A DNA stretch of 64,000 nt. It comes from Malacoraja senta (taxonomy: Eukaryota). A program made the position numbers and the translations under genes. Within the stretch, counting starts at the first letter, position 1. Every line of letters starts with the position of its first letter. This document shows, piece by piece, positions 1 to 13,712 of this stretch. The notes under the pieces are model-generated. The model did no database searches and was not told the origin of the DNA. It worked only from the letters and a program-made list of their open reading frames with translations. The stretch spans positions 165,602,001-165,666,000 of the forward strand of contig CM075978.1 in assembly GCA_038087875.1 (NCBI GenBank). Direction: 5' to 3'.

Positions 1-147
1 CTACATTTTCCCAGGGTAGAACTGTCCAACACTAGAGGGCATAGCCATAAGGTGAGAGGGGGGAAGTTTAATGGAGATGTGCAGGGCGCATTTTTTACAT
101 AGCGAGTAAATTCATTCATTCAGAATGGGGTCCTAAAGTCATACAGC

Positions 148-422
148 TTTAGTTTAGTTTAGAGATGCAGCATGGAAACAGGCCTTCCTGCCCACCGAGT
201 TAGTCCACACCGACCCATTCACGCCTTACACACTGGGGCAATTTACAGTGGCCACAAACCCACACGCCTTTGGGAGATGGGAGGAAACCGGAACACCAGG
301 AGGAATCCTGCACAGACACAGGAAGAGCATGCAAACTCCACACAGACAGCACTTGAGGTCAAGATCAAACCCAGATCACTGATGCTGTGTGGTTGCAATT
401 CTACCAGCTGCGTCAATATGCC
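148..422 (-). mobile_element. HE1-like tRNA-derived V-SINE
   Basis: V-domain and (AAACT)n tail. Confidence 0.75.
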
Positions 423-699
423 ACTCAAGTTGTACAACATAGAAACCGGCCCTTTGGCCATTATACATCTATATTAATCCAACTTTCCTGCATGAATTCC
501 ATACCCCTCTATGCCCTACTCATTCAAGCACCTGTCCAGATATCTGTTAAATGTTGTTACACTTTCTGCCGCCACCATCCCCTCTGGCAGCTCATTCCAG
601 ATATGAACTAATCTTTGTGTGAATGAGTTACCCCTCAGAGTCCCCTTATATCTCTCACCTTAAATCTGTGTCCTGTAGTTTTAAATAAGCCTACTATGT

Positions 700-1711
700 A
701 AAACATACAACAAAGGAGTCATATTCCAGGCACTGGCAGTTGGAAACAAGTGAATTCCTTGAGGAGTATAGAGGGGATGTAGGAGTACACAGGAGTGAAA
801 TCATGAACAAATAGGGGAAAATAATTAGCTTTAACAAATAATGTAAAGAAGAGATTTAAGAGATTTTACAAATATGTTAAGAGCATAAGATTAACTAGGG
901 AGAGAATGCGGCCTCTTAAAAACCAATAAGGCCATCTATGTATGGAGCCACTGGAGATGGGTTAGGTGTTAAATGAATATTTCTTATCTGTATTCACCAT
1001 GGTGAAAGAGGTGGATTCTTGTGAACCTGGGAAAGGTAATAGTGATCACTTGAAGATTCACATTGCAGAAGAGAAGGTGAGGGAGGTTGTACAATGCACT
1101 TAGATAGGTAAGTCCCCAGGACTTAATCAAGTGTGTCGTGGAACATTGTGGGAAGGCAGTGAAGAACTTATGGGGCCAGTAGCTGAGATATTTGTATCAT
1201 TGATAGCCACCATCTACAAGCGTTTGGATAGGCAAGAATTGATTAGAGTTAATCAAAATGGCTTTGTTCATGGGAAATTGTTATATCACCAATTTGGTTG
1301 AGTTTTTTAACAAAGTGGCCAAAAAGGATTATTGAGGGCAGTGTGGTAAACTTTGTCTACATGAACCTTAGCAAGGCCTTTGCCAAGACAAAGTGTGGTA
1401 GGCTGGTTTGGAAGGTTCGATCACATGGACTCCAGGGCAAGCTAGTCAAGTGACTTGAAAGTAAGAAACAAAGGATGGTGATAGAGGGTAGTTTTCTGAT
1501 TGTTGCCTGTAATGAGTGGAGTACCACCCGGTTTGCTATTGGGTCTACTGTTGTTCTTTATTTATATTAATGATTTGGATGCTTATGTCGGTGGCATGGT
1601 TAGCAAGTTTCCGGATGACACTAAGGCTGGTGGTATGATGGGCAGTGAGGACGACTACGATGGAATCTTGATCAACTCGTCCAATGGGCCGAGGAATGGC
1701 AGATGGAGTTT
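700..1711 (+). mobile_element. CR1-type LINE ORF2 fragment (5' part, split by DIRS copy A)
   Basis: SGVPPG..LG..LF.IYINDLD...SKFPDDTK RT motifs; reading resumes at 6361 (QMEF|NSGKC). Confidence 0.85.
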
Positions 1712-4700
1712 AATAGTAAGATTAAATGAGAACTTAGCAGTTTGAAGTTTTGATCTTTATTTTATGAGGAGCGATTACGTGAAGAAGCCCGCCAGCCCGC
1801 ATGCGCGTCAATCTTCAAAGCAGCGGTGCGAAATCACAGATAACAGTAGTTGAAGTGACATAGTAAGATTAGAGAAGACTAGAACTACCAGATGACCTTT
1901 ATGATACGAGGGTTGGGAGCGGAGGGCACGTAATCGCTCATCGTAACTCCTCATTAAATAAAGATCAAACTTCAAACTGGTAAGTTCTCGTTTAATCTTA
2001 CTATTTTACTTCGGAGTCACGTGAGTGATTCTGTGAAGATTTCAAAGCTCTGTGATTTCATGCTGTGGAAACGAGTCCATGCATCACACACTGCATCAAT
2101 TGACCAAGGATGAGTGAAAAACAATAATGCATTCAGACATGACATAGATTTAAACATGCTGATGCTTTAATGAGCAAAAGAAAAAATAATAGTGACCCCT
2201 CTCCTCCAGGGAGAAGCTATAAACAGAACTTAAAATAGAGTTGGCAAATACTCCCGGTCTGGTAAAAGGTTTGTTATAAAACATTTGGAAGTTCGCTCGT
2301 TAGACCATCCTGCAGTCGCTAGGATGTGGTCCAGCAGAAATCCATAATCCTCGCTACAGATGTTGTTGCAGCCCTGGTGGAGTGAGATTCAAAAACATCA
2401 GTGTCCACTCCTGCACAAGGCAAACCCCGTTTTAACCACTGGTCTAGACTGATACCTTCTTATGAGGTTTTTAGTAACTAACAAACATTGCTAGTTCAGA
2501 GCCTTTAAGGCTCTAGGTGCCCTAAATACTGTTGTAGATGTGTGACCACACAACCAAAGGTCCATGGGGTATGCCATGAAAACTAGTTTGAGACCTGACG
2601 CCCCCGGTCTACTCTGCTAGACTGTCATGATCATAAATGTTATATTATTTGCAGATGAAACCATCCTGTCCAGTTGCAGCTTATGCAACGACTGGACCCG
2701 TTGCACTGAACCCAGCGCCATGAGCATAACCACTCTGTAAGTGATTATGACCGAGGACAGGGATGTGGCTGGAGCCACCGGCGAGGCAGCGTCAGCACAA
2801 CGTTAACATCCCATATCTCCCAGTACCTGGGCCTGGGGGAATTTGAGTTAAAAATACCCTTCATAAATCTGGATATCAGTGGGTGAGACCTGACAGAGTG
2901 GTGTCCCGATCCCAGCAGCAAGTATGACGACAAGGCACTACTGGCACAATTTATAGCACTATAACTTCGTCTCTCGTGAAATTATAGCTTTGAGAGGAAT
3001 TCCAAAACATCTGTTATACGTGCTGTGTCATACGATATGTTGGACTGTAAACAGAACACTTCCCATTTCTTGATATAGGAGATGTACTGTTTCTAGATAC
3101 TATTTTTCCAAGCCGCAGTAATTACATCCACCTTAGGACCTGACAGCGCAAACCGTAGGAAAGGTCTTCTCAGAGTCTGCAACCGAACAAATTGATTTGC
3201 TCATGCAGTGAATGGTTCTCCCCAGTCACGGGTAAAACCAGCAGATTTCTGCGTTTGGGAACAGCCATAAAAGGCTCTGTTATCATTCCCAATATGAGTT
3301 GACCCATGGCTGTGTAGGCCAGTCAAGCACTACCAAACGCTTGAGGCGGAGTCTTGCTGGATATTAAGCAAGCACCGACTGATGAGGGAAAATGGAGGAA
3401 GGACATAAAGAACATTCTTCCCCAGTGTAGCGAGAATACATCCATCGCCACTGCCCCTGAGTATGAACGCCATGCCACATATTTAGCAAATGGTGATTGA
3501 GCCTAGGAGCAAACAAATCGATATTTGGTGTTCCATCGAGCCATAATGTCATTAAATACTTTGTGATCCAACATCCATTCTGTGTTGTCATTGATTTGCG
3601 TGATGATACACCAGCACCAAATGAGGTTAGGTAAACTATTATAGGATATTGACTTGATTGCACCCATGTGATTAATATATGCCACCACCGTAGTGTATCA
3701 ACTAGTAGTTGAGCATGCAGATATGCATATTTGCACAATAAGCCTTTAACCCATAGAATGCCCATAGTGTCTCTAGGTAGCTGATACCATATAACTGAGG
3801 AATTGGTAACTCATGCACATCCCATCCGCCTCTGTAACTAGAGATGGTATAGTAATTTTACATCTTTGAGCACAGCATCAGTTTGTAATATAACTGAAGG
3901 TTTAATGACCAAAAGTTACTGGAGTCATGCTGAATACTGTTCGTCCATAAATGTGACTTTATAGCTTCAGTTGGTAATAGCATAGGTCTGTTAACAATGA
4001 CCTACATGGTAATTGAGAGCTTGCTCCTTTGCACGATGTAAATTCTGATAATGTAAAGGCCCCAAATGCGCAGCTGAAAACCAGCCACTATATTGCCAAT
4101 TACAGTGGCCACTTGATGAATAAACAACAAGATTGTTACAAGCTTCCATTAATTCTAATCTCTAGCCCCAGGGCGGAGTCACAGATAAATTACTAGAGTT
4201 AAAGGTAAATCCCAATAATCTATAACTCTAGTTGTTATCAGCTTAAATTCAACTGGATGGATGAGAAACCCCCAATTTCTCAAATATTAGTTTTGCGGCT
4301 GAAACAGCTAATTTAGCAAAATTGAGCATTTTCAGAATGTCATCCAAATAGGGCATAATAATGCGTTTTTGAGCTCTGAGCAGCCCAAGCCTGGCTTGGT
4401 AATTTGGTAAATAGCCTGGGAGCTAAAGTTAGCCCATTTCGCAATGCTTTAACTGCTATCGTTGCCCCATCCAGCTAAATTTCAATATCTCTAGTAATCC
4501 CTGTGATAGGGAACTGAATAGCATGCATCTTTGAGATCGATGCATGCCATAAAGCATCCTATAGAAATCAGTTGTTTAGACAGTAACGAAGTTTCCCATT
4601 CTAAAAGTCTATACTGCACAAGAGCATGTGAGTTAATCAAGGGTAATCCGACATCCTCCATCTTCCTGTATGAAGGTGCAGGGTGTCGTCAAAATGGCGA

Positions 4701-6363
4701 AGCTATGCCCGTCGTGGGTGCTTTAATCAACCCAACAGCTTTGCTTCCTCATCCAGTCTTTCTGGTACACCCAAACCTTTTTGCTGGAATGAATAAATGT
4801 CCAACTTGGTGTATATGGTATGGGTGGCAATGAGTTAAAGGAATTCAATTTGGAACCCTTGTATACTGTGCAGTATAAACAGATCTGATGTTATCTTTTC
4901 AGTTATAAACGGATCTGAAGTTATCCGTCGTCATTTGTACAAAAACAAGTGTAATCTATTACCAACTTGTAACTGGTCCACACACCCCATGTTTTGGAAA
5001 GAACCAGACCCACCTACCTCCATGGTTACTGGTGGTCTTATGGTAAGCCAAAAGGCCCCTGATGCGGGTTCTATTCCCAGTCTTCATTTGGAGGATAGGG
5101 CTGCTGGGGTGCGTGGATTGCACATTTTTCCTGATGGCTAGCTTGGGCCTTGGCCTGAAAGACCTCTGCCCAAGGAATCAGCTTTCAAGCTGCCACCAGC
5201 TTCAGTGAACCGCCTAGTGCCGATGGAGGTGTAGGGGTGTTGTCGCCGAAACGGTGAGGCTTTGGCTTGTCGTTGGTGCCTTGACTAGTCCGACAGCCTT
5301 GCTTCCTCATTCAGTTTTTTACCTGTTTGGCTAGGTCTTCTCCGAGGAGAAGATTCTGCGGCTGGACATTGCTGGCCTCACCATCCATAGTCTCCCCAGA
5401 GAGCGCTGTTCACTGCCGACACTTTCAGGAGTGCACAAATTTACAAGTAATAATAATAATAATAATAATAATCATTTTATTTACTGGCGCCTTTCTAAAA
5501 CCCAAGGACAACTTACAATGCATAGAATCACAAAAAAATACAAAACACATAATCGGAATAAATTAAATATAAAAACACCACAGTACACAAATCAAGGACA
5601 GAATTCAATTTCAAGAGCATTCAAGTAATGACGTTCCTGTAATGATGTGACGTGTGGTCACTGATGCTTACCAAGCTTGTAGCGTGAGGGAACTCTGCCC
5701 CCCCCCCTCCCCCCCGAGTTTTCTGCCAATGGCTGGAAGCCAACTCTCCTACAGCGGCTCCTTTCTCCAGTATGTTTCACGGACATACTTCCGGGTTTGG
5801 AGTCAGTCACACACTGACCCCTCGCACTCTCCTCCACCGAGAGGCGATTAGTAAGCAGCCCTGAAACAGGTGCTGCTGATATGGCCCCTTCAACGGACCT
5901 ATATCGGGATGGAGCATCTCCTCATGCTCCACCTGGGTAAACATCCCAGGACGTACCCATGGAGGGAAACCCTCCTGGCCTGACTTGTCCCAGTCCAGGC
6001 CTCTCCAACTCCATTAGGCTGCATACCCTCTCGGGGCTGCCGGAGTCTGAAGTCGGGTAGCAAACCCGCCGGCCGCCGGCTATCCGCACTCCCACGGTCT
6101 GCAGCCGGGTCTACCCGCGGTCTCCGTGGCCGGGTTTCCCCGCGGTCACAGTCGGGATTCCCCGAGCCGGGCTTCCCCGCGCTTCCTGCAAAAAGCACAA
6201 CCTGAAAGTAAGTTTAAAACTTACCTGCAGGATTTAAAACTTACCGCTGGAGGAGCCGACGCTCCTCCCAGCCTGTTCGTGCGCCATGCGTTCAGACGTA
6301 TTGATGCGCATGCAGGCTGGCGGGCTTCTTCACGGAATCACTCACGTGACTCCGAAGTAAAAT
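1712..6363 (-). mobile_element. DIRS1-like tyrosine-recombinase retrotransposon, full-length, degenerate (copy A)
   Basis: ITRs 1778-1812 / 6300-6334; internal complementary region 1927-2039 matching both termini. Minus-strand remnants: gag, RT (MPYLDD ~4340), RNase H (VAYINHMG), methyltransferase (IDLFAPRLNH), YR (HSTRAA, AGWSNE). Interrupts a CR1. Confidence 0.9.
5448..5630 (-). mobile_element. L2 LINE 3' tail fragment nested in DIRS copy A
   Basis: (TAA)n followed by cattttatttactggcgcctttc, same architecture as the L2 tail at 17856. Confidence 0.6.
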
Positions 6364-6838
6364 TCAGGTAAATGCATGTTGCATTGTGGTAGGACAAAGC
6401 AGAACAGGAGATGGTAGGGCTCTGAACAGGGAGACCAAGGGGTGCAAGTACACAGTTTCATCAAGATGCTGACACAGATGGGCAGGGTAGTGGAGAAGGC
6501 GTTTGCCATGCTTGCCTTCATTGGTAAGAGAATTGACCATTGAAATTGTGGTGTGTTACAGCTGTACAAGATGTTGATAAGGCCACATTTGAAATACAAT
6601 GCGCAGTTCTGGTCACCCTCCAGCAGTCTGGATGTCATTAAACTCTGAAGGGTGCAATGAAGATTTCTGAAGATGTTATCAGGTTTAGAGGGTTTGAGCA
6701 ACGAGGAGAGGTGGGATAGGTTGAGACCCTAAGAGGCTGAGAGGTAACATTATACAGATATTTAAAATCAGACAAGGCATAGATAAGGTGTACAGCCACT
6801 GTCTTTTGGTCCAGGTCAGGAAATCAAAAAACTAGAGC
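6364..6838 (+). mobile_element. CR1-type LINE ORF2 fragment (3' part)
   Basis: Continues the CR1 at 700-1711; LYKMLIRPHLKYNAQFWSP-like motif. Confidence 0.8.
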
Positions 6839-7883
6839 ACAGAAGTTTGTGCAAGACTATTGTGTGTCTACTGCTTGCCGTCTAGTCACTGCTCATGAGG
6901 GTTTACGTCTTGTGTTATGCCACAGCAGCAATCATTGGGAGCCACTTAACTGGTGTCATTTAGGCGGAGACCATGCATATGTACAATCTAACCCATTGTG
7001 TGAGAAGCATTAAGAAGCAGATCAACAGACAAAACAATACACAACAATACATACCCTTTACATTTTTAATCAACTCTTAATTAAACTGGTGAGATCGGAG
7101 AACTATTAGATCACTTTAATTTAGCATTCAACTAATTAAAGAAAGATAGGCAGAACGGGATTGTGCAGACATATGGCTGGGGACAGTTCGCGTGAATGTT
7201 GACAGTGATGTGATTTAATTAAACAGGACAATGGAAGAAGGGTTTCAACCCAAAACATCATCCGTTCCTTCTCTCCAGGGATGCTGCCTGTCCCGCTGTT
7301 ACTCCAGCTTTTTGTGTCTATCTTCACAATGGAATATAATACTCTACCATATAACACTGTGGATTTTGTGAGAGGGGAGTGGTTACTGCAGACGTTGAAC
7401 TGGGAGCTACAGTGAGTCCATCCAATGAGGTGTTGTGTTTCTGCCTGTGAGAGCTCAGACTGGAGTTTAGGAGCTACAGATGCGACAGAGCTGAAATTAA
7501 AAACAAAATCTGCTTGGTAAATTCAACAGGCCATCAGCATTCAGAAAGAGCAGGGACAGGTTGACATTTTGGTTAAATACTCTTCATCGCAGCTGGAAGC
7601 AAACAGATAAGCGAGTCTCAGGATGAGGGGGCAAGAAACAGCAATTGACCTGAAACCACTTAATGGAAAAGCAACGAACTGATATATGATATGAAAGGTC
7701 ATGTCACTGACAGTAGCTAGCATTTACATAGTAACTTAACTAGTTCGGTTTCGACCTATATCTTCCCTTAATTAGTTTAGTGTTTAATATCCCACGGAGA
7801 TTCACAGGCATGAGAATCAAATGCACATTGACACCCAGCTACCGGTATTGAGTATTAGTACAAAAACACAGTACTACACTGTT

Positions 7884-8197
7884 AGGCAGCATGGTGGCAC
7901 AGCGGCAGAGTTACTGCCTCACAGCGCCAGAGGCCTGGGTTTGACCCTGACAACGGGTGCTGTCCGTATGGAGTTTGTATGTTCTCCCCGTGACCTGCGT
8001 GAGTTTTCTCCAGGATATCCGGTTCCCTCTCACACTCCCAGCAGGTTTGTAGGTGAATTGGCTTGGTATAATTGTAAATTGTCCCTAGTGTATGTAGGAT
8101 AGTATTAGTGTGCGAGGATCGCTGGTCGGCATAGACTCGGTGGCCCAAAGGGACTGTATCCGTGCTATATCTCTTAACTAAGACTAAACTAAACTAA
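7884..8197 (+). mobile_element. HE1-like V-SINE
   Basis: A box GGTGGCACAGCGG, B-box-like GGTTTGACCC, V-domain ggagtttgtatgttctccccgtg, (AAACT)n tail. Confidence 0.85.
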
Positions 8198-11024
8198 ATG
8201 CACATGTTGAACATCTGATACGAATCAGTAGATAATTATTCAAAACATATTCAAAATTTAATCCAAAGTCTACCCATCAGCATCTTTATGCTCCACCTCA
8301 GTGGATTTTGATCTTGATATAATGTTGAGTTATACTTTTACCACTTTGTGTTACGTCTTTCCCCACCTTCAAAATTCCCCTCGCACCAGGGATCCTCCCT
8401 CTGCACCTCCGCTAGTATTTTCATTGTTAACATCAACTAACTCAAATGTCCTACTCTATTCATTCATCTCTGAACTTACACTTGAGGGCCCGCACCAAGA
8501 AGGGATTATAGCTAATGAGCAAAAGGCCAGACATAGAGGGATGATTTTAGGACTGTTTTAAAGAAAGAGAGTGGAGGATAATTTCAAGCAGGGATCTCCC
8601 AGAGCCTGAATGTTAGAAAGATATTGAGGAAGGTACACATGACTGAGGCAATAAACTAGCCTGTACTTGGAGAATTCATTTTTTAAAATGTGATTGGACT
8701 ACAATAACTCTCCTGATGGTGCTTTATCACTGGCTTATCTTTTTGAGGCTGGAACCGGCAGAATTTATAAGAATTTTTACAGGAGTTGTAATGATAACTA
8801 ATGCCTGAACAAGGGATCTTGGCCGTATATAATCGTATCTAATGTATGAAGCAGAACAAATGAGATTCCCGACTAAAAGTACCACATATTTTCATGTGTT
8901 TAGAACAGCAAAGCATCGATAATATATTTAAACTGCAGTACTCCAGCATTAATTGTCCATGTTTGTTCTGTTGGCTTAACAGTATAATTTGAAACAGTTA
9001 AACAGGGCAAGAATGATCTGGGCCCATTGATTGTGTTTGTTTTAGTGATAGGTTGAAAAATTACAGTATCTGCTTGCTCTGACAGTCAATCGAATATTAT
9101 TTACGGTAAATTGCTCTTCAGCCTTTGTTGCTTCTAGGCTTAGCTATACTCTTCTTGACAATGCCTCCCTTGCTAATTGACAATAATATCACAAGGGGCC
9201 TACTAATATTAAACAATGTCATCTATCTATACTGACCCATACCTCTGCATCACAGGGTCTGTCTTAAATGAGAGATAGCTATTACAATTGAGACAGGTAT
9301 GTTTGTGAACCAAATACCTCTGAGGTTCCTATCTTTGCTCCTTGAATTGTGAACAGAATATTCTTATTAATCCATCATCCTGGCCTGCTGAGTTGACGAG
9401 ACTCCTCTTCAATTTCATCATTGGGCTAACTGTCACAATCCTGGCAATTTCATAGCCACTGCATAAGATGACAGAAAAATTAGAATTGATGTTGCACCTC
9501 TGTGATTTATCTTTTGAGTACTGTGAGAAGGTGTCAGTTATGGCATAATTAACTGCACCAGCAACCATTTTAGGGAGAGTGATGGCATTGCAGATGTTGC
9601 TGTTAGGTTTGAAAGACAAATTGACATGCAGCGAGCAAAATATGTAACCCTGAAATTTAGTTGAAATCCTCAAACCTGTGGTGCTTCTCACATATCACTG
9701 AATCACACATTTGCAAAGCCACAGAAGGAGACTATTTGGCCTGATGAGATTATGCCAGATCCCTCTCAGTCTTTCCCGTAGCCTGACAAATAATCTCCAT
9801 GCAAGTGCCTATCTAATTCGCTCCTGAAGGCACTTCTTGATTCTGCAACCCCTACTTCCACAGGCAGTGAATTCGTGATAAAAATCAAGACATGCTGGAA
9901 ACATTCAGCAGGGCAGGTAGCCCTTGGAGAAAGAGAAAGAGTCAGTGTTTCAGAGTAAAGGCCTATTGTCAGAACATAAAATATCTTCATCTTGAAGTAT
10001 TAACTCTGTTCTTTCTTCTTCTGTTGCCGAATGACCTGCTGTGTGTTTCCAGCATCTATGGATAGATGCTGCCTTACCCACTGAGTTTCCCCAGCATTTT
10101 TTGTCTTACCGATTTTTCTAGCAACTACAGTTCTTTCTTAAACATGCTGAGTGTTTCCAATATTTTTTGTTTTTATTTCAGATTCTCAGTGTCTTTGTAT
10201 TTTTGATTTACATTTTAGCTCTATGTCCAGAGGTACCGTTATCTATTTGGAACATTTTCCTCCATCTGTCCCATCTAAACCACTAATAGTCATGTACATC
10301 TCTATCAAATCTTCCCCATTTCTTTGCTGAAAGAACAACTCCAGCTTCTCCAATTCAGCGTTGCAGCGAAAGTCTACAATTCCGGGGACCATCCTAATAC
10401 ATTTTTGCCACTCCATCTTTAAGACCTTCATGTCATTCCAAAATTCTCCAGCTTTGTAGAGGTTGAACATAACCTCCTGGCTTTTGCAATCAATCCTGTT
10501 TGTTTTCATAACTGCTCTGCCACATGCTCTGTCGTTTTAAAGGATTTAGGTATATCTACTCCAAGTTAAGATGTTCCTTCACACCTTTAGATTGTACCTT
10601 TTAGATTATATTGTCATTCTTTTATCATTATCCTGATGATCTTTGCCACTTTTAGAAAATGAGACAAGCAAATCACTTGTGTATTCCTCAAAGAAACCAA
10701 TGCGCACGAAGTAAATTTTAAAATTGTGTTTCAACACAAATCAACAAAGTCTGGTTAAGATTCGTGGACTATTCAGTGAAGCTGTTCTGGTTCCTAGATG
10801 TTTAGTTTAACTCCAGCCATAAAATGACTTACTGAGCCGAATTCTATGTATAATGGAAATGGTTGACAATTGATTTTACCAGGTAATCCAGTATTGAGAG
10901 TTACCATCTTGGCTCTGTGACCTTGTATGTTCAGTGCCTTACATGAAAAAAATCTTTGGATAGAATGTGCTAGTTATGGCTTCAGGATACTTGAAACTAC
11001 TAAAGAACCAAAGACTTGGCTCAT

Positions 11025-11350
11025 GGGCAGCATGGTGGCACAGGGGTAGAGTTGCTGCCTTACAGCGCTTGCTGCGCCGGAGACCCGGGTTTAATCCCGA
11101 CTATGGGTGCTGTCTGTACGGACTTTGTACATTCTCCCCGTGACCGCGTGGGTTTTCTCTGAGATCTTTGGATTCCTCCCACACTCCAAAGACGTATAAG
11201 TTTGAAGGGTAATTGGATTGGTTTATATGTAAATTGTCCCTAGTATGTGGATGATAGTGTTAATGTGCGGGGATCGCTGGTCGGTGCAGACTTGGTGAGC
11301 CAAGGGGCCTGTTTCTGTACTGTATCTCTAAACTAAACCAAAACTAAACT
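11025..11350 (+). mobile_element. HE1-like V-SINE
   Basis: As above. Confidence 0.85.
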
Positions 11351-11669
11351 TACTATTCCATGGTCTGGCTTTTGCTGTTACCTACAAGGTATCAAAGAAA
11401 CATGAGCTGAAGTCTGCTGGAAGCTGTGGATTTTTATTCCATTTTATTCCTGCAGCATACTTATTTGAGGTCAAGATGTTGACAGAAATTGGATTAAATG
11501 TGGAAGTCCTGAAGAATCAAATCCCCAAAACAGTTGAGTCACTTACAAATGCCCGCCCTGCATTTTGTGATTTCCGATTGTAGCCTACAGGTCCATTAAC
11601 ACATCTCCAGAGTTAGCTCAGACAAGTTAGCATCAGGGATTGTCATTACAATCTAAGTCCATCATTATG

Positions 11670-12105
11670 ATCCCAGGAATGATTGGGTTAACATATTCTG
11701 AGCTTTTGACAGCACTGAGCTGGAGTTTGGAAGGATGAGGGGGACCTGATTGAAACTTACCAAATAGTGAAAGCCCTGGATAGAGTGGATGTGAAGACAA
11801 TGTTTTCATTGGTGGGAGGGTCTAGGACTAGGGACCATAGCCTCAGAACTTACCTTTAGAAAGGAGATGAGGAGGAATTTATTTAGTCAGAGGGTGGTAA
11901 TTCATTGCCACAGAAGGCTGTGGAGGTCGACAATGGATATTTTTAAGGTGGAGATTGACAGATTCTTGATTAGTAAGGGTGTCAGGGATTATGGGAAGAA
12001 GACGGGAGAATGGGGTTGAGAGGGAAAGATGTATCAGCCATGATTGATTGTCGAAGTAGATTTGATGATCTGAATGGCTTAATTCTGCTCCTATAACTTA
12101 TGAAC
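11670..12105 (+). mobile_element. CR1 3' fragment
   Basis: Similar to the 3' end of the CR1 at 52130-52580. Confidence 0.8.
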
Positions 12106-12433
12106 AATGATGAGGTTCCTGTGTCTTTTTCAATGTTAACTGTAATGAACACCTTTGAGGCACTCTTGTGAACTGGAATGACAAAGACTATTTTGGTTTG
12201 GTTAACGTTCAGATTTTAAGCGAAAATTGGGGTAACATCTAGCAGTCACGTATATTTCTCCCAACATACACCTGAGTATCATTTTTCTTTTAATGTAAGC
12301 AATGTGTGATCCTAGTGCATCAACCAACACAGGCATTAATGAAAAGTATTCAAATCTGACATAAGAACTTCAATGCTGACAGAAGGCCATTGGACTGGTG
12401 TTAATTCAGTTTCTTTCTCCATAGATGCTGTCA

Positions 12434-12735
12434 AACTTTAGACTTTAGAGATACTGTGTGGAAACAGGCCCTTCCTGCCAACTGAGTCTGCTCTGACCAG
12501 CGATCACCCAGTATACTACACACTAGGGACAATTTAACTATTTTTACAGGCGCCAATTAACTTCCAAACCTGTACGTCTTTGGAGAATGGGAGGGAAACG
12601 GGGCACCCGGAGAAAACCCACGTGGTCACAGGGAGCACGTACAAACTCCGTTCAGGCAGCACCCATAGTCAGGATCGAACACGGGTCTCTCGTGGTGTAG
12701 GACAGCAACTCTACTGCTGCACCACTGTGTTGCCC
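12434..12735 (-). mobile_element. HE1-like V-SINE
   Basis: (AAAGTCT)n tail variant. Confidence 0.85.
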
Positions 12736-12812
12736 ACTACTTGATGAGTACAGTTTCCTTTTTATATTTCAATATTATTCTTATGATTTATCTTGTTGTG
12801 TTTTTCTCTTAG

Positions 12813-12953
12813 ACTTTGGAAGTCTGCAAATACGAATTGATTGTAATAGCTAAAGATATGGCCGGCAGTGATGTGGGATTGACAGGCACAGCCACAGCAA
12901 CTATCATCATAGATGACAAGAATGACCATGCGCCTGTGTTCACCAAGTCGATG
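12813..12953 (+). CDS. CDH13: Cadherin-13 (T-cadherin) internal coding exon, end of EC2 (141 bp)
   Basis: Polypyrimidine tract + AG (12811-12), donor GTAAGT at 12954. Translates [47 protein letters not shown], closely matching recalled vertebrate CDH13 ([47 protein letters not shown]), with the DxNDxxP Ca2+ motif. Phase 0/0. Confidence 0.95.
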
Positions 12954-13380
12954 GTAAGTAGACCCTCCATGGTTACTTTCTATCAGCAAATTAGTCTGTT
13001 GGAAATTGGATTACTTTTCAATATTTACTGGTATTCATTGCACTGTGGTTAATACATCTGCACATCGATGTGTTGTATATATCTATGAGGCAACTGTGTC
13101 TGCTCCCCATTAATATATGAGCTTGTAAATTATTTTTACTCCCAACTGATCAGATGCAACTGGAAATGATTACAAATTATCAAGCAAAAATAACCTGTCT
13201 GCTAAAACACCTTCCCTGGTAATCAATTGAAAATATCAGCAACACTAAATGGTGGATGATAAAGAACGAGCTTTATGCTTAATCTACTGTTTTAACCCTT
13301 TGACAATGGTGGTTTCTCACTAAGCACATGGTCAAATAAAGACCCCTCTAACACTGCCACTAAATTCATGCTCTCCCAAT

Positions 13381-13712
13381 GGGTGACAGAGTGGCACAGC
13401 GGGTAGAGCTGCTGCCTCATAGCACCAGCGACTCTAGTTCGATCATGACCTTGGGTTCTGTGGAATTTGCACATTCTCCTTGTGACCACGTGGACCTCCT
13501 CTGGGTGTCTAGTTTCCTCCGACACCCCAAAGACGTGTGGGTTTGTGGGCTAATTGGCTTATGTCAATCGCCCCGAGTGTGTTTGGAGAGGACGTGAAAT
13601 TGGGAGATCATAGAATTAGTTGAACGGATGGTCGATGGTCATGGAGGAGTTGGTGGGCTGAAGGGACATTTTCATCTTTATCTTTCAATCAATTAATTAA
13701 TCAATCAATCAA
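13381..13712 (+). mobile_element. HE1-like V-SINE
   Basis: (AATC)n tail variant. Confidence 0.8.

Noticed and set aside
7884-7965. tRNA gene
   Set aside because: A/B-box heads run straight into a V-domain and LINE tail; these are SINE heads, not cloverleaf tRNAs.
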